A stretch of 63,630 nucleotides of DNA, counting the filler. It is 11 parts of 11 records of this genome, joined end to end, with 100 filler letters (N's around TTAATTAATTAA, not from the genome) between each part and the next. Parts side by side here need not be neighbours in the genome. Positions count along the whole stretch, not along the records: positions 11,904 to 23,759 come from SRR7504441_12530; 10 more parts are not named here. One strand, given 5' to 3'. Under the pieces are notes generated by a model. That model was not told where the DNA came from. It did not search any database and worked only from the letters and a program-made list of their open reading frames with translations. Both the position numbers and the translations under genes were made by a program. Of this stretch, positions 11,904 to 23,859 are shown piece by piece (position 1 is the first letter of the stretch; every line of letters starts with the position of its first letter).

Positions 11904-14900
11904 ACCGGCTGGCGGCCTCCATCGGGCCCTCGCTCTCGCTGCGCGAGCCACTCAGCCCGGCGGTGGACACGCCCGGCCGGCACGCTCGCCGCCCGGCCCC
12001 GAGGCTGGGGGCCGCCGGGCCGACCCCGCGCGGGCCGATGCGGGTGCACGGGAGGCCGGCGGTGGACCATTTTGTGCCGTTGGCCAGCGAGGGGCTGGCC
12101 GAAGCGAGCCGGCGGGAGGCCGATGCCGTCGACCGGCTGCAACAGCAAGCCGAGGCGGCCCGGCAACAGGCGGCCACCCAAGAGGCCGAGGCCGAAGCCC
12201 GGCGGGCGCGTGTGGCGGCCCTCGGCGACGAGACGAGTCGGTTTGTCCAGGGAGAGCGGCGCAAGGAGAGCCAAGCAGTTGGCCGGCTGCAGGAGCAGGC
12301 CAGGGAAGCTCGGGACGACTCGTTCGACGCCATTAAGGCCAACGGCGAGTCGAGCGAGCTGGTGGCGCAGATGTGGGCCGCACGCGAGGAAGCCGACAAG
12401 CGGCTGGTTGAAGGTAAGGAGTCGAGTAGGGACAAGGAGGATCAATTCCATCAGGCGGAGGAGACCGCCCGGTTCACCGGCTGGGGCGTGTGGGCGGATA
12501 AGGACCGGGCGAGTTATCGAGTGCTCGAACTGGACGGCCAGAAGCAGCTGAAGGCGTGGACCGGGCAGCAGGCGAATGCGGAACTGAACATCGCACTCGC
12601 CAACCTCAAGGAGCTCGAGTCTACCGCCAACACCCGGGTGCGCCAGGTGGAGGTGGCCAAGAAGCACGCGGCCGAGTCGGACGAGGCCGGAGAGCTCCAG
12701 GCTGAGCTCGAGGCCGAGCAAGCGAGGGTGGCGGCAGAGCAGCAGAAGCTTCAGAAGACGGCGGCCAAAGCGCAGAAGGAGCAGGCCAAGCTGGCCGAGG
12801 AGCGGTCGAGCAAGGCCAAGCAGCGGCAGGAAAGCATGCTGAAGTTTGATGAGATCAAGAACAAGACCGACGCAGTGATTGCAGAGCAGCGCAAGGCGGA
12901 GCAAACGTCTCTCTCACAGATGCAAGAAGCCACCAGCACGGCCAAATTTGCGGCCAAGAAGGCCGAGGACACGACCACGAAGATCCAGATCCAGGCCGAC
13001 CTGGCGCAGGCAGCTGTCAAGAGAGTCGACGCCAAGATCAAGGAGAAGGGCGAGAAGAAGCTGATTGCGCTGCAGGTGGCCTGTCTAAGCGAGGGGTGAG
13101 CTGATTGGGGGCAGGCGCTCGATGCCGAGAACGCAGCGCGGATGGCGGCGATGCCTCTGGCGCAGCTGGCCGCCCGGGCGTACCAGAAAGCGCGGGAGGA
13201 GTGGGCAAGCGGCGAGCGTGCCCGGATGGCAGCCGAGACCGAGCAGGCGATAGCCAAGCGGGCGGCGGTGGCCACCGAGCGGATCCGACTGTGGAGGAAG
13301 TTTGCGCAGAGCGAGATCGAGCGGGCGGACCGCTTGTTCAACCAGACACGCGACAGGATCCAGACAACCAACAGCTCGTATCAGCGGGCAGTCAGTCAGG
13401 AGCAGCGGGCGGCCCGGGCGGTCCGAGTGCAGACAGAGAACCTGGAGCTGGCCGGGCAGGCAGTCGAGCTGAGCGGGGCGGCGGTTCTCAAGGTAAGAGC
13501 GGCGCGCCGGCAGGCCTGGAGATCGGCGCATCGTACACACGGGGCCAACCTTGCAATCGGGCAGGTCTACTATCGAGTGGCCCGCGGCTCGCTCGAACGG
13601 ATGGACATGGCCGACGTCAAAACGCGCAGGGCCCAAGCGATCGAGGACCGCGCGAGGGCACAGCTGGCTGCGAGAACCGAGCAAGTGCGGCAGGCACAGG
13701 AGTTAGTAGTTGAATCGGAGGTGACTAACGACTTCAGCGCGCGCAAGGCGGCCCAGCAGGCTCAGATGGTGAGCGGCGAGTCGCAGGCGTGGGCCGAGCA
13801 CGCGCTCGACACCACAATTGCACTGGTTGACAGGATGCGACAGGAAGTGTCTGACGAGAAGAGCAGGGCGATGCAGATGCAGCAGCAGGCCGACCAGATT
13901 GGCGGTCTGGACCAGCTGGATGCGAGCAGCCGGGAGCAGGCGAATGCAGTCAATGTGGTGATGATGAACGCATTGATCGCCGACGACAAAGCAAAGCGGC
14001 TCAAGGCCGAATCTGCACTGCAGCTCAAGCTGGCCAAAAAGACCCGGAAAAAGATGACCATGCAACGCAAAGAGCGCGAGAGGGAACTCAAGCGCTACAC
14101 TGCAGACCTAGTCCGCAAGGGCCGGCTGATCAACAGGGCGAGAGAAGCATCGCGCGTGTGGGCTATCAAGTTGGATGAGGCTGATCAATATTCTAAGAAT
14201 AGAACCACTGCTAGCGTGGAGCTCAAGCGCTTGTGGGATGCGCAGGCACAATAGACAGCACGCCGGGCTGGTTGATGGCAGGGACAGGTTGCGGTGGCAG
14301 CGAATGCGTCCAAGACGTCGGAAGGGAGGGCCGGGGAGTCGAGCTCAGCGATGCTGGCAATCGATATGCAGGGTGATGCGGTGCACAAGTTGTGCCTGAA
14401 TGCCGGGCTGGTGATGATGTACAAGCTGGCTAAGATGCAGGCCAAGTGGGCGCTCAACTACCTTGAGGAGAGCAAATTGGTGCCCGAGCATGCAGCCTGC
14501 CTAGATAAGCTTGTGGGGACAGATTGCTGGCGATTGGGAGGTGAAGTTCCAGGCCACAAAGAAGCCAATCGAAGCGGCAGAAGAGCAGCTGGCTATCGGG
14601 AAGGCGGCGTACAACGCGTTTGTTGCCAAGGAGAACAACAAAGCGCTCTCGACTGAGCGGCTCAAACGGGCAGCCAAGATGGAGCACACGCAGGCGATCA
14701 TGCAGCAGGAGAAGCTGCGCAAGGCGTTCGAGTATGCAGACCAGCAGCATTACCTCAAGCAGACAGCCGCTGACCGGCTGACCCAGACCGAGGAGCAAGC
14801 CGAGGACAAGAGACGGGCGACCGCTCTGACCGTGCTCCATGAGAGGGTGACCGAGGCGTGGCGTTGGCGCGGTCAGCAGCAAACAGCCCCACTGAAGATG

Positions 14901-15749
14901 CGCCAGGGCGAGACCGCTGGTTTCATGAAGATTGTCGCCAGCTGGGGCCGCGATGGGAGCCCGGTGGGGCCAGGCAAGATGGACAATTGGCTCCAGGGCA
15001 ACCTCACCACGCTCTTCGCCCAGCCGAGTCAACCGACGCTCCAAGGATGGCTCAGCCCCGAACTGCTGGCAAAGTGCAGTAGCGTGTGCGAGCCGTACGC
15101 AGCGCTCGAATGCGATGACGGCCCGCTTGGGCAAGCCTGCACGCGTGGCACAATCTTCCGAGCGCGCTATCGATTGCTTGAGACCTACAACGAGGCCCAC
15201 GCAGACTGGTTTGTGTGCAGATGCAACTCGGGGACGATGCAGTTTGCAGGAAGCGAGACAGTGGTGGCCGAGAGGCACAAGGGCAAGCTGCTTGGGCTTG
15301 AGTACAGCCCAGCGGACATGCAGTTTGGCGCCCGGCTGCACAAGCACGAGCTGCTGCCTGCCCGATGGGTGCGCTGCTGGCGCCAGTTCAGACACTGGCT
15401 CTCGCACGAGACGAAGTTCTCTCGGCCAATCCGGGACCTGCACCAGCAGGACCGCAAGCAGGTGCGGCAAGCTTTCCTCAACTGGACTGCCGACACGACC
15501 AACCCACTCGAGGCCCCGTTCGCGGACCTGGAACGGTTGGCAATAACCCAGCCCGGCGAGCCTGGCTTCCTCGAGATCCGTCAAATGTGGCAGCGCGAGT
15601 GCATCCAAATGGCGAACGCGCCCGAGTGGGAGGCCCGCTCAAAGCTTGAGCCACACCCTCGCCCTGGGAGCTACCCGGGAGTCACCGATTCAGGGCTCGA
15701 ATTCTTCCATCTAGTGAGCACCAACGATACTTCGCTCTCACCCGACTAG
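11904..15749 (+). CDS. Very large coiled-coil protein with a globular C-terminal region, function unknown (possibly 5' truncated)
   Basis: Consecutive A/E/K/Q/R-rich ORFs 11963-13099, 13142-14254, 14294-14656 and 14511-15749, joinable by short introns. Confidence 0.65.
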
Positions 15750-15948
15750 GACTTCATGGATGTATAACTATGTGCATAAAAACTCTTTATTCAATCGAAT
15801 GATGAAGTTTACCAAACTATTACCTTATTAATATTACCTAACTAGTCGCTTGTTGAGTACTTGTTGAGCTCGCCCCGTTGATTACTGTTGATAATTCAGT
15901 TGATCAGTCAGTTGCTACTTACATGACTTGTACCGTACTTATTGCTAC

Positions 15949-18900
15949 TTACCCCGGCCTACCTTTCAGTGAGTATGTTTCCACTTGTAAGCTTTCACGG
16001 TCATCGACTTCTAGAGTATTGTAGATCCTGACTAGGCATTGCGCATCTAGGGCAGCATATTTCAGCTGCGCCTCACTTAATGGTCTCTGCTCCCAATCGC
16101 TGCATTGTTGCTGTTTATCCAAGCCCAAGCCTAATACATCGCGACTCAGTTTACTCAGCCCACCAGATTGCATCTGGCGAAAGTCAATCACCGATTCTAC
16201 CTATCAAAGCACAAAGCGGTCAAAGTTCGAGGCCAGCAAGACTACTGACCACATCAAAGCACAGGCTGTCGGTCGGCAGCAGCCTCAGCCTGTCCACGTC
16301 CTCTCGCAGCCCATAGCCCAGCTTGATGACAGACGCGTCTACAAGCAGGTCATGCATGAGCAAGGCCATATCAAAGTGGCCGCAGAGGTCCTCATTCAAC
16401 ATGTCAAACAATACCGCAGTTCGTCCGGTTGACATTTGCAGTAAAGCTACCGGAGACTCCGGATCACGGCCATACCGAGAAGGCAACCACTCCGCATCTA
16501 TCCCAATAATTTGCGACGATTCCCCTGAACGTGCAAAAAGCGCCTCTCGAGCCTGTTCAAGCTTACTTGGGTGATCCACCAGCAGCACGCATCCAAGGTC
16601 GATATCAAGGCACGGTCCATCGTGCACACTGCTCGATTTGGGAATAGTAGGAGCATTCAAAGTCACCTCTTTATGCTGAACATGCTCAGAAACTCCAGCA
16701 TCGAGGCCAAAAACGGTGGCAAAACGAATATAAGCATCACGGGCCGCACCAAAATGGGAAGCGCCCCGGCCATTGTAGTCCTGATCGAATTGATGCTTCA
16801 GAGCTGCTAGCGCTCGAGTGGCGCATTCTGGACCAAGACGATGGCACAGCTGCACGAGAACCTGGTCGTGATCATGAAGATAACTAGATCCAAGGCTTTT
16901 CAGGACAGCTGGACCAATATCGAGCGCCTCCGTCTCGGCCCGGTCAAGTAGCAGCCTCACTGCACGGACTGTCCTAGACCGGCCAAGCTTTCCGGGCCCG
17001 GCTGCACGATCCAGAAGAAGCGCAGGGCAGCTTCGAAATGCCTGATCAAGGCTAGGATCAGATAGCATGCACATGATGACGTCGAAGCTTAGTTCTGGAG
17101 CCAAACGCTCCAGCAAACCTTTGCGAGCGACTTTGCTGTCATCGCTGACTTCTGCGCTGCTCCATGCACGCAGCAGTATCTGGACAACCTGGACAGGGCT
17201 CATGTGCCAGCCGTACGGCGACTTGCCTTGACTTTCAGCCGTTCGGCTACACCGCCCAGCTTCTCCAGGCAGACGCCAACATGCATTGCCCTCACGATCG
17301 GGTCTATGGCCGGAGCGGCGCGCTCGAGTTCAGCCATGAACGCAGAGTAATGTTCCGAGGAGCGCATCGCCGAGCAGAGCCGCATGAGTAGATGCGCCAG
17401 TGGCAGAGTCGCATGGTCGGAGCCGGCCCAACAGTGCAGGTCGCATATATCTGTTGAGGGCGGATCGGCTACCGCAAGCATAGACATCGCCTCTGGAGTG
17501 TGCACCAGCGCCTCGAAGTAAGCTGCGAATACTACTTTAGAAGCAATGCACATTTGGGCGCACCTCGGCGCTGTGCGACGAGTGACTGCTTCTTCGCTAA
17601 GTACGTGTGCTTATTTCGTTCACGCTCCAATGCAAGTCCATCAAAGCATTCAAACAGAACCGAAGCACTAGCTCGAGACATTGCAATGGAGGCTCCATCA
17701 GCAGGAGGGGCAAGCAATAGGCCACGCTCGTAAAACTGTCGGAGCACTTCCATTGCTGCCAGATATGAATCGCAGGCTGCGCACACGGCTAGTGCAGCTA
17801 ACATCAAGTCCATCCGCTCCTCATCAGACGAACCGGCCACTGAGTTGAAGTAGTCACAAACCTGTAGAGCGTTCTCCACGTTGGCTGATTCTGTAGCACC
17901 ACATGATGCAATCATCCGCTTCATGACATGCGGAGCCGAAACCTCAGCTGCGCGCTGCCATCTATCGAGCAGACTGAAAAGGGCGCTTGGCTCCATGCCA
18001 CACCTGGACAGGTCGTATCACTCAGGGACAGCCGGTGGGGTACCCATCAACCAGGCTCCAGAAGAGCGAAAGCTCGTCTTCAGCAGTGTGCGCAGCGCTT
18101 GTGCACTGAAGCTGACTAAACACAGCCACAGCGCTATCCACCTGGCAGCGAGGCTGGGGCATGCAATACCGGACCAGCACCTGATTGCCTTGCAGCAGCG
18201 CCTGAACAACGCATTTGTAGGACTCGAATGGCATGTCAAAGCCAGCCGTTATAGCTCTGTTGAGCATTCTCTCGGCATCCCTCTCAGCATGAATTGCCAC
18301 AAAGGCCTCCACTACCGCTACGAATGTTGCAGCGGATGGCGCAAGTTCCGGTCGCCCATGGCTGTCTGACACCTGTTGCATTGCAGCAAGTATACATTCG
18401 ATCTCACTGCCCCACTTGCGCTTCCTGGCACACAGACACTCCATGCAATGGGCTAGCTCCTGCCACGCACCGACAGGTGTGAACAAGAGTGAGAAAATCG
18501 TCCATCGAAACATCTTGCCCAATCTCCAGCCTGTTCTTCAATCTATTCACCTGCCATACATTCACTGCTGTATCTATGCCGGCACAGCACCCCTTCCGTG
18601 ACCACCTCGGTCCTTAACCGCAGCGATCCCGCTTCGAGGCAGCCAAACCGCTTCTGTTGCTGCTTGCCTGCCACACCGGCACTGTCGAATGTAGCGTTGG
18701 CCAGCTGTTCGCACTCCAGCAGCTGCGCCCATTCGCTGGCTAGCCCTGTGGCCTCGGTCCTATCCTGCACCGCATGGAGCACCTGCAGGGCCACCTCGCC
18801 CAGCTGCCCTCCGTCATTTGGGCTGGTGACATTGGCTACAGCCATCCTCAAGGCGCAATCAGCCATGGCGGCCGCTTCTGGGTCCGGGCAGCTAGCACAC

Positions 18901-20162
18901 GCTCGCATAAAGTCTACAAACGGCAGTGGCTCATTGCAAGCGGCCTCCACCGCATGCTCCAGGATGCCAAACGCCAGATCCAGATCGGCTCTGGTTGGTC
19001 TCGGCACTGAATGGCCCTTAGACTGCTGAGCCTTGGTCCACCGCCTGCTGGTGTGAGTGACGCCTCGGATCGCTGTCGAGAACGTGATGGCGTTCGGCGT
19101 GGCGCCATCGGCCTTCATAGACCGATACACTTGCATTGCCCCATCGACGTCGCCCTCCCTTGAGAGCACGTCGATGAGCGCAGTGCATGTGAACACGTCG
19201 TGCTGGTAGCCATACTCGCGGAGCCGCCCGGCTGCCAGCATGGCCCCCTTAGCATCGCACAGCCGCTGACACGCGTTCACCACCGCGTTAAAGCCATACG
19301 ACGGCTGCAGCTGCGGTTGAGCGGGCGCGCCGCAGGTCTGGTCGCCCTCAAGTTCCAGCAATCGCATCCAGTCCACCATTTCCACAGACCGCGCCGCAAA
19401 CTGCTCGGGCGTGCAGCATGACTTTTTCTTGGACCACCGGAATATTATTCGCACAAACTCGCGCGTTGTGGGCAGCTCACCGCCGGCCATCCTCTCCACC
19501 AACTTTGCCACCGCAGGGTCGTGCCGCCAGTCACCCGCCGGTCCAGGTTGCTCCTGTGGCGGCTCGACTGGCTCGGCCAGTTCCTCAATCCGCTCGCGGA
19601 TCGCCTGGTGGATCTTGGCTGTCCCCAGCACGTGTCCTCTGTCGTGTACAAATCGGCACTGCCCCTGCCGCGCTAGCTTCCCGGTCTGCCGCATCAGTGC
19701 CGCGGACAGCTCAGGGGGCACCACCTCGTCCGCCTCGCCCCATACGTGCATGATGCTGTCGCATGATGGCGCCGTCCCATCTTCTATTGCGCCCGCCGCA
19801 AAACCACTCACCAGCACCACCAGCCGCAGCCCGCCCGCACCACCAGCTGCGCCAGAGCTGCCGGGCGCTACCCCCGCCGGCCAGCCGGCCAGCGCGGCTG
19901 CTGCCACCGCCGCGCCCTGGGAGAAGCCAAGCAGCACCGTCACTGGGCGGCTGCGGGCCTCGGCGTGCACTGCGGCCACGGCGGCCGACAGCTGGCCGGG
20001 CGAGGGCGAGGTGTGCGCGTCGGGCCACCAGGCGCGCCCGCCGGATGGACAGCCGGCCACTGGCCCTTGCATGCACCAGCTCGGCAGCCACTCAGGGGCG
20101 AGCCGGGCCACCAGCTGGCCCATCCGATCCGGGCCCGAGTCGTAGCCGTGCAGGCACAGCAT
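15949..20162 (-). CDS. Fusion of an FSH1/DUF341-like serine hydrolase, PPR repeats and a DEDDy 3'-5' exonuclease (MUT-7/EXD3-like); about 7 introns
   Basis: LCLHGY, GFSQG, HVWGEADEVV, HDRGH (hydrolase). DVFTCTALIDVLSREGDVDGAMQVYRSMKADGATPNAITF (PPR). IGIDAEW, ALLQ, KLGYG..ED, CSDWEQRPLSEAQLKYAALDA (exonuclease). Short introns join all ORFs in frame. Confidence 0.75.
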
Positions 20163-20278
20163 ACCGACCACCGGCCACCAGATCTGGCCGATTTTTCTCG
20201 TCGTTCGAAATGCAGGTGAGGTCCAGCTCGATCAGGCGTGATCACCGGCGGTCTGTCTGAGGCCTCGTATCGCGCGTC

Positions 20279-21337
20279 ATGACCGAGCAGCTGTGCGCGC
20301 TGTGCGGGGCGCCGACCAAGCTGGCGTGCAGCCGGTGCATGCAGGTGTTTTACTGCGGTCCGGAGCACCAGCAGCTGCACTGGGACTCGGGGCACGCCGA
20401 GAGCTGCGGCCAGCCCGCCCAGCAGCCGGCCAAGCCTCTCGCGGCGAGCAAGGGCTCGCACGGCGGGGCCCCACTCTTCCTGCTCTCCCGACGAGACGCG
20501 TTCCGGGCCGACGGGATTGCGGCGCTGGCCCGGGGCGACTGGTCCGCGGCCACCACCGCCTGCACGCACGCGTACCGGTTGGCGCACACCTTCTACGGGG
20601 AGAGCCATCCAGATATGCTCGTAGAGTGCACGCTGCTGGCGTGCGCGCACACCCAGACCGACCACTACCAGCACTCGCGTAAGATGGCAGGCGAGTACCT
20701 GGATGAGGCTGCGGGGCTCTGCGCGCTATCGCCGTTTGAAGAAGGCGGGCTGAACGCTGTGGCCTACTCGGTGCTGGGCGAGATCGCGGCGATGCAGCAG
20801 AAGCCCGAGCTGGCGGTCCAACTGTTCGAGCTGTATATTTCGATGCTTAGCAGCCACTTCGGGCCGCGCCACCTAACGCTCAGTGATGGGCTGCTCAACC
20901 TGTCGAGGCTTCACTGCGGGCTAGGGCAGCTAGCCCCGGCACTGGAGGCCGCACAGCGCTCTCATCAGATACGGCTGGCCGAGCTGGGACAGGACCACCC
21001 GGCGGTGGCCGACAGCCGGTACAATATCGGGGTCGTCCAACTGCTCTTAGGTTCGCCGCATGACGCGCAGCGCGAGTTTGTAGGGGCCCTGGACGCGCAC
21101 GTGTCGCCAAACACCACACAGGCGGCCAACCTGCGATTCGGGCTGGGGATGGCCGAGCACCAGATCGGGAGCTACGCAGCAGCGCATAGCAATTACCTGG
21201 CGGCCCGGCGGATCCGAGAGCAGATGCTAGGCAAGGACCACCCTGCGGTGGCCGAGCTGGACGCCTGCTTGAATGCGCTGAATGAAGACTCCGGTCGGCG
21301 GATTGTGGCGCTAAATCAGCTGCCAAACGCCATGTAA
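20279..21337 (+). CDS. MYND zinc finger + TPR protein (ZMYND12-like architecture)
   Basis: CALCG...CSRC..VFYCG.EHQQLHW..GH...C; kinesin-light-chain-type TPRs (LGQDHPAVADSRYNIG, LGKDHPAVA). Confidence 0.85.
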   Translation: MTEQLCALCGAPTKLACSRCMQVFYCGPEHQQLHWDSGHAESCGQPAQQPAKPLAASKGSHGGAPLFLLSRRDAFRADGIAALARGDWSAATTACTHAYRLAHTFYGESHPDMLVECTLLACAHTQTDHYQHSRKMAGEYLDEAAGLCALSPFEEGGLNAVAYSVLGEIAAMQQKPELAVQLFELYISMLSSHFGPRHLTLSDGLLNLSRLHCGLGQLAPALEAAQRSHQIRLAELGQDHPAVADSRYNIGVVQLLLGSPHDAQREFVGALDAHVSPNTTQAANLRFGLGMAEHQIGSYAAAHSNYLAARRIREQMLGKDHPAVAELDACLNALNEDSGRRIVALNQLPNAM

Positions 21338-21484
21338 CGTGTCAACCGAAAGTACTGGTACGAGTCCTCACACTGACGCAAGTACGAGTACGAGTATTAT
21401 AGCTAATAAAGTAAACAATGACACACGCGGTGTACTGTATCAAGGCACCGTAGCTTACAATAGAAGGTTTGCATCTACTACCCG

Positions 21485-22033
21485 TCAGCCACACTTGTCC
21501 TTTGAAGTGCACCGGGCGGCTTCCTCCGCCTGAACGACACCTCACCGGCAGCCCGGCACGCCCACGCACACCTCCGGACTCATTCCAAGCATCGCCGGGA
21601 GCCGCCGCCGGAGCGATGAGCCGATAAACCAGCGGTATACCGCCTCCAGTCCTGGCCGGAGCCCCGGGACCCAGGCGAGTCCCGTCCTGTACACTGGAGC
21701 CAGCCGGTGAAAGTAGGGCAGCTGATCCCAAATGGCCGGGAAGGCGTCGATCCCCTTGCTCAGCTGGCCCGAGGGCGAGACAACGTGCAGCGCAGTGAGC
21801 GCCTGCTCACGGGTGGCCCCGATTCGTTGGAGGGTGCCCGAGGCGGCCGGGCTGGACACATCGATCCAATCTATCTTGTTGCTGGCGTCCATCTTCTTGT
21901 AGTGCGACACCTCCCAAACGCAGAGCGGGCAGCCCTTGTCGTACAGCACGACCGCCTGCGCCTGGCACCACCGACGCCCCCCCGCCACCCGGCTGGCCAG
22001 AAGCCGGCTCGCCCTCGTCGTGATGGCCGCCAT
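21485..22033 (-). CDS. DCC1-like (DUF393) thiol-disulfide oxidoreductase with a mitochondrial-type presequence
   Basis: VLYDKGCPLC motif; LHVV..SG....GIDAF..IW; one 3' intron gives ...AEEAARCTSKDKCG*. Confidence 0.85.
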
Positions 22034-22101
22034 ATAGACCGGAGTTCGCAGAACTGAATCCGTTGAGTTTCAGTTCCAGCTGCAGCGGGGCAGGTAGATA
22101 G

Positions 22102-23201
22102 ATGTTTGCGCCGCAAAGCTCGAGGCCCAAGCTCCCGGCGCGCAAGCCGAGCGCCAAGAAGCCGCGGAAGCGCTCGTCGCCCCGGGCAGCCACATCCGAG
22201 CTGTACAAGCTGCTGGAGGCCAAGGAGTCCGAAGCGTTCGACCTGCGGGAGCAGTTGCTTGAACTCGAGGAACGGAACCGGCTGTTGGAGGCCGAGCGGC
22301 GGCGGCAGGCCGAGCAGCTCTCGGAGGCCTGGGGCAGCGTGCAGCGGGTCTCCCGGGAGCGGGACGAGCTGCGCCAGATATGGAACAGCGGGGGCACGCC
22401 GGAGGGCTGGCCCGGGGGTAACCAGGCGCTGGAGCTGGCCAAGCTAAAACGGGGTGGGCTGGCATGCCGGCCCGGGCGAGCGGGCGGGCAGGGGTGCTGC
22501 TGCGGCAGGAGATAATTGAGACGCTGCAGCAGGTGTCTCGCGAGCTGGAGCAGCAGCTGGAGGCGGCCGGCGAGAAGACGGCGGACCTGGAGCTCGAGAA
22601 CAAGCTGCTGCTGGAGGAGAACTCGCAGATTAACCGGCAGCTGGAGCAGCAGACTGAGCAGTCCGACCAAGCCGAGACGGCGCTGCGCGCCGAGAGGACG
22701 CGAGCCGAGCAAGCGGAGAATGGGCTGGCGGCAGCGATGGAAGAGATGAGGATGGCGCACCATGCCGAGCAACGCCGGGTGTGTGAGGGGTCGGCGGAGG
22801 CGCACATGGCGCGGATGCACGCCGAGAACATGGTGCAGGCGATGGGGGCCCAGTTGGAGGTGTATAGGAGGAACTACGGCCCGGTGCACTCGAGTCCGAC
22901 GAGCCCACTAAGCCCCCCACCGATGAGTCCCGTGGGCCCCCGGATTGAGATTGAGAGCGAAATGCAGCAGCTGGATCGGAGCCTAGCCGAGCAGAGCGAC
23001 GCTGCCGACCAGTTGAGGGAGCTTCAGAGCCGATTAGCTGCCAATGAGGCCGAGGTGGCTTCGTTGCGGGCGGCTGCGGGTGAGGCGGTGGCGGCCAAGG
23101 CCAAGGCCAGCCAAGCGGAGACGGAGCTGGAGCTGATGAAGAAGAGCTACTCGGAGCTGCGGCGCAGGCATGTCCTGGTCAATAGGTACTTGCAAGTGTA
23201 A
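22102..23201 (+). CDS. Coiled-coil protein, function unknown
   Basis: E/L/Q-rich ORFs 22102-22515 and 22464-23201 joined by an intron. Confidence 0.65.
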
Positions 23202-23511
23202 AGTAAAAAAAAGCGTGAATCATCACGTGACACAATCGCCGGCGTGTCGCTGACCATGCATCGCGAGCAATGGTTATAAGACAAAATTAATGCAATGGTG
23301 GAGCCGTAGTGGAGCCAGCTGCGATCGCGCCAGTGTACTGGCCTCTAGGTGGTCGCGCGCACGTCGGTAGACTATAGCCACTAGATAGGCTATACGCGAT
23401 GCGCTGACTTGCGCAACTAATCCCACGAACCCAGAGAGAGGAGAGACCGAGTGAACCGAGGCGAAGAGAACATGCTGCCGTTGGTTTATAGCCGCGCGCT
23501 GGACTTCATCT

Positions 23512-23759
23512 ATGCCTCAGCTGATGCCTCAGCTGATCAGGCACGGCCGGGGGCAACTCAGGGGGCTGGCACTGCTCGCGGCGGTGTGCGCAAGCCTCGA
23601 CTCGGCCCGGGGCCCGGAGGTCAGGCCAAGGCGAGACGACCCCTGCCCGTGCACCGGATCGCCCGGAGACTGCCCGGCGCTGGCGGATCTCTACATGGCT
23701 ACCCGGGGCGACGAGTGGGCCAATGCGACCGGCTGGTGCGACGGCGGGTCGCCTTGCTC
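23512..23759 (+). CDS. Secreted or receptor LRR protein, N-cap fragment (3' truncated)
   Basis: Hydrophobic LALLAAVCAS, then ALADLYMATRGDEWANATGW...SPC, typical of an algal/protist LRR N-cap. Confidence 0.6.
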
Positions 23760-23859
23760 NNNNNNNNNNNNNNNNNNNNNNNNNNNNNNNNNNNNNNNNN
23801 NNNTTAATTAATTAANNNNNNNNNNNNNNNNNNNNNNNNNNNNNNNNNNNNNNNNNNNN

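Noticed and set aside
11852-15608. Long antisense and alternative-frame ORFs here and throughout the window
   Set aside because: Shadows of GC-rich coding sequence with biased codon usage; they carry no recognisable motifs.
21542-21544. TGA after ...VPGCR in the DCC1-like gene as possible selenocysteine
   Set aside because: The TGA lies inside a canonical GT-AG intron whose removal gives a normal C-terminus; no SECIS recognised.
23290-23420. Small hairpins (GCCAGTGTACTGGC; TATAGCC...GGCTATA) in an intergenic region
   Set aside because: Short stems are expected by chance; no tRNA, snoRNA or snRNA hallmarks.
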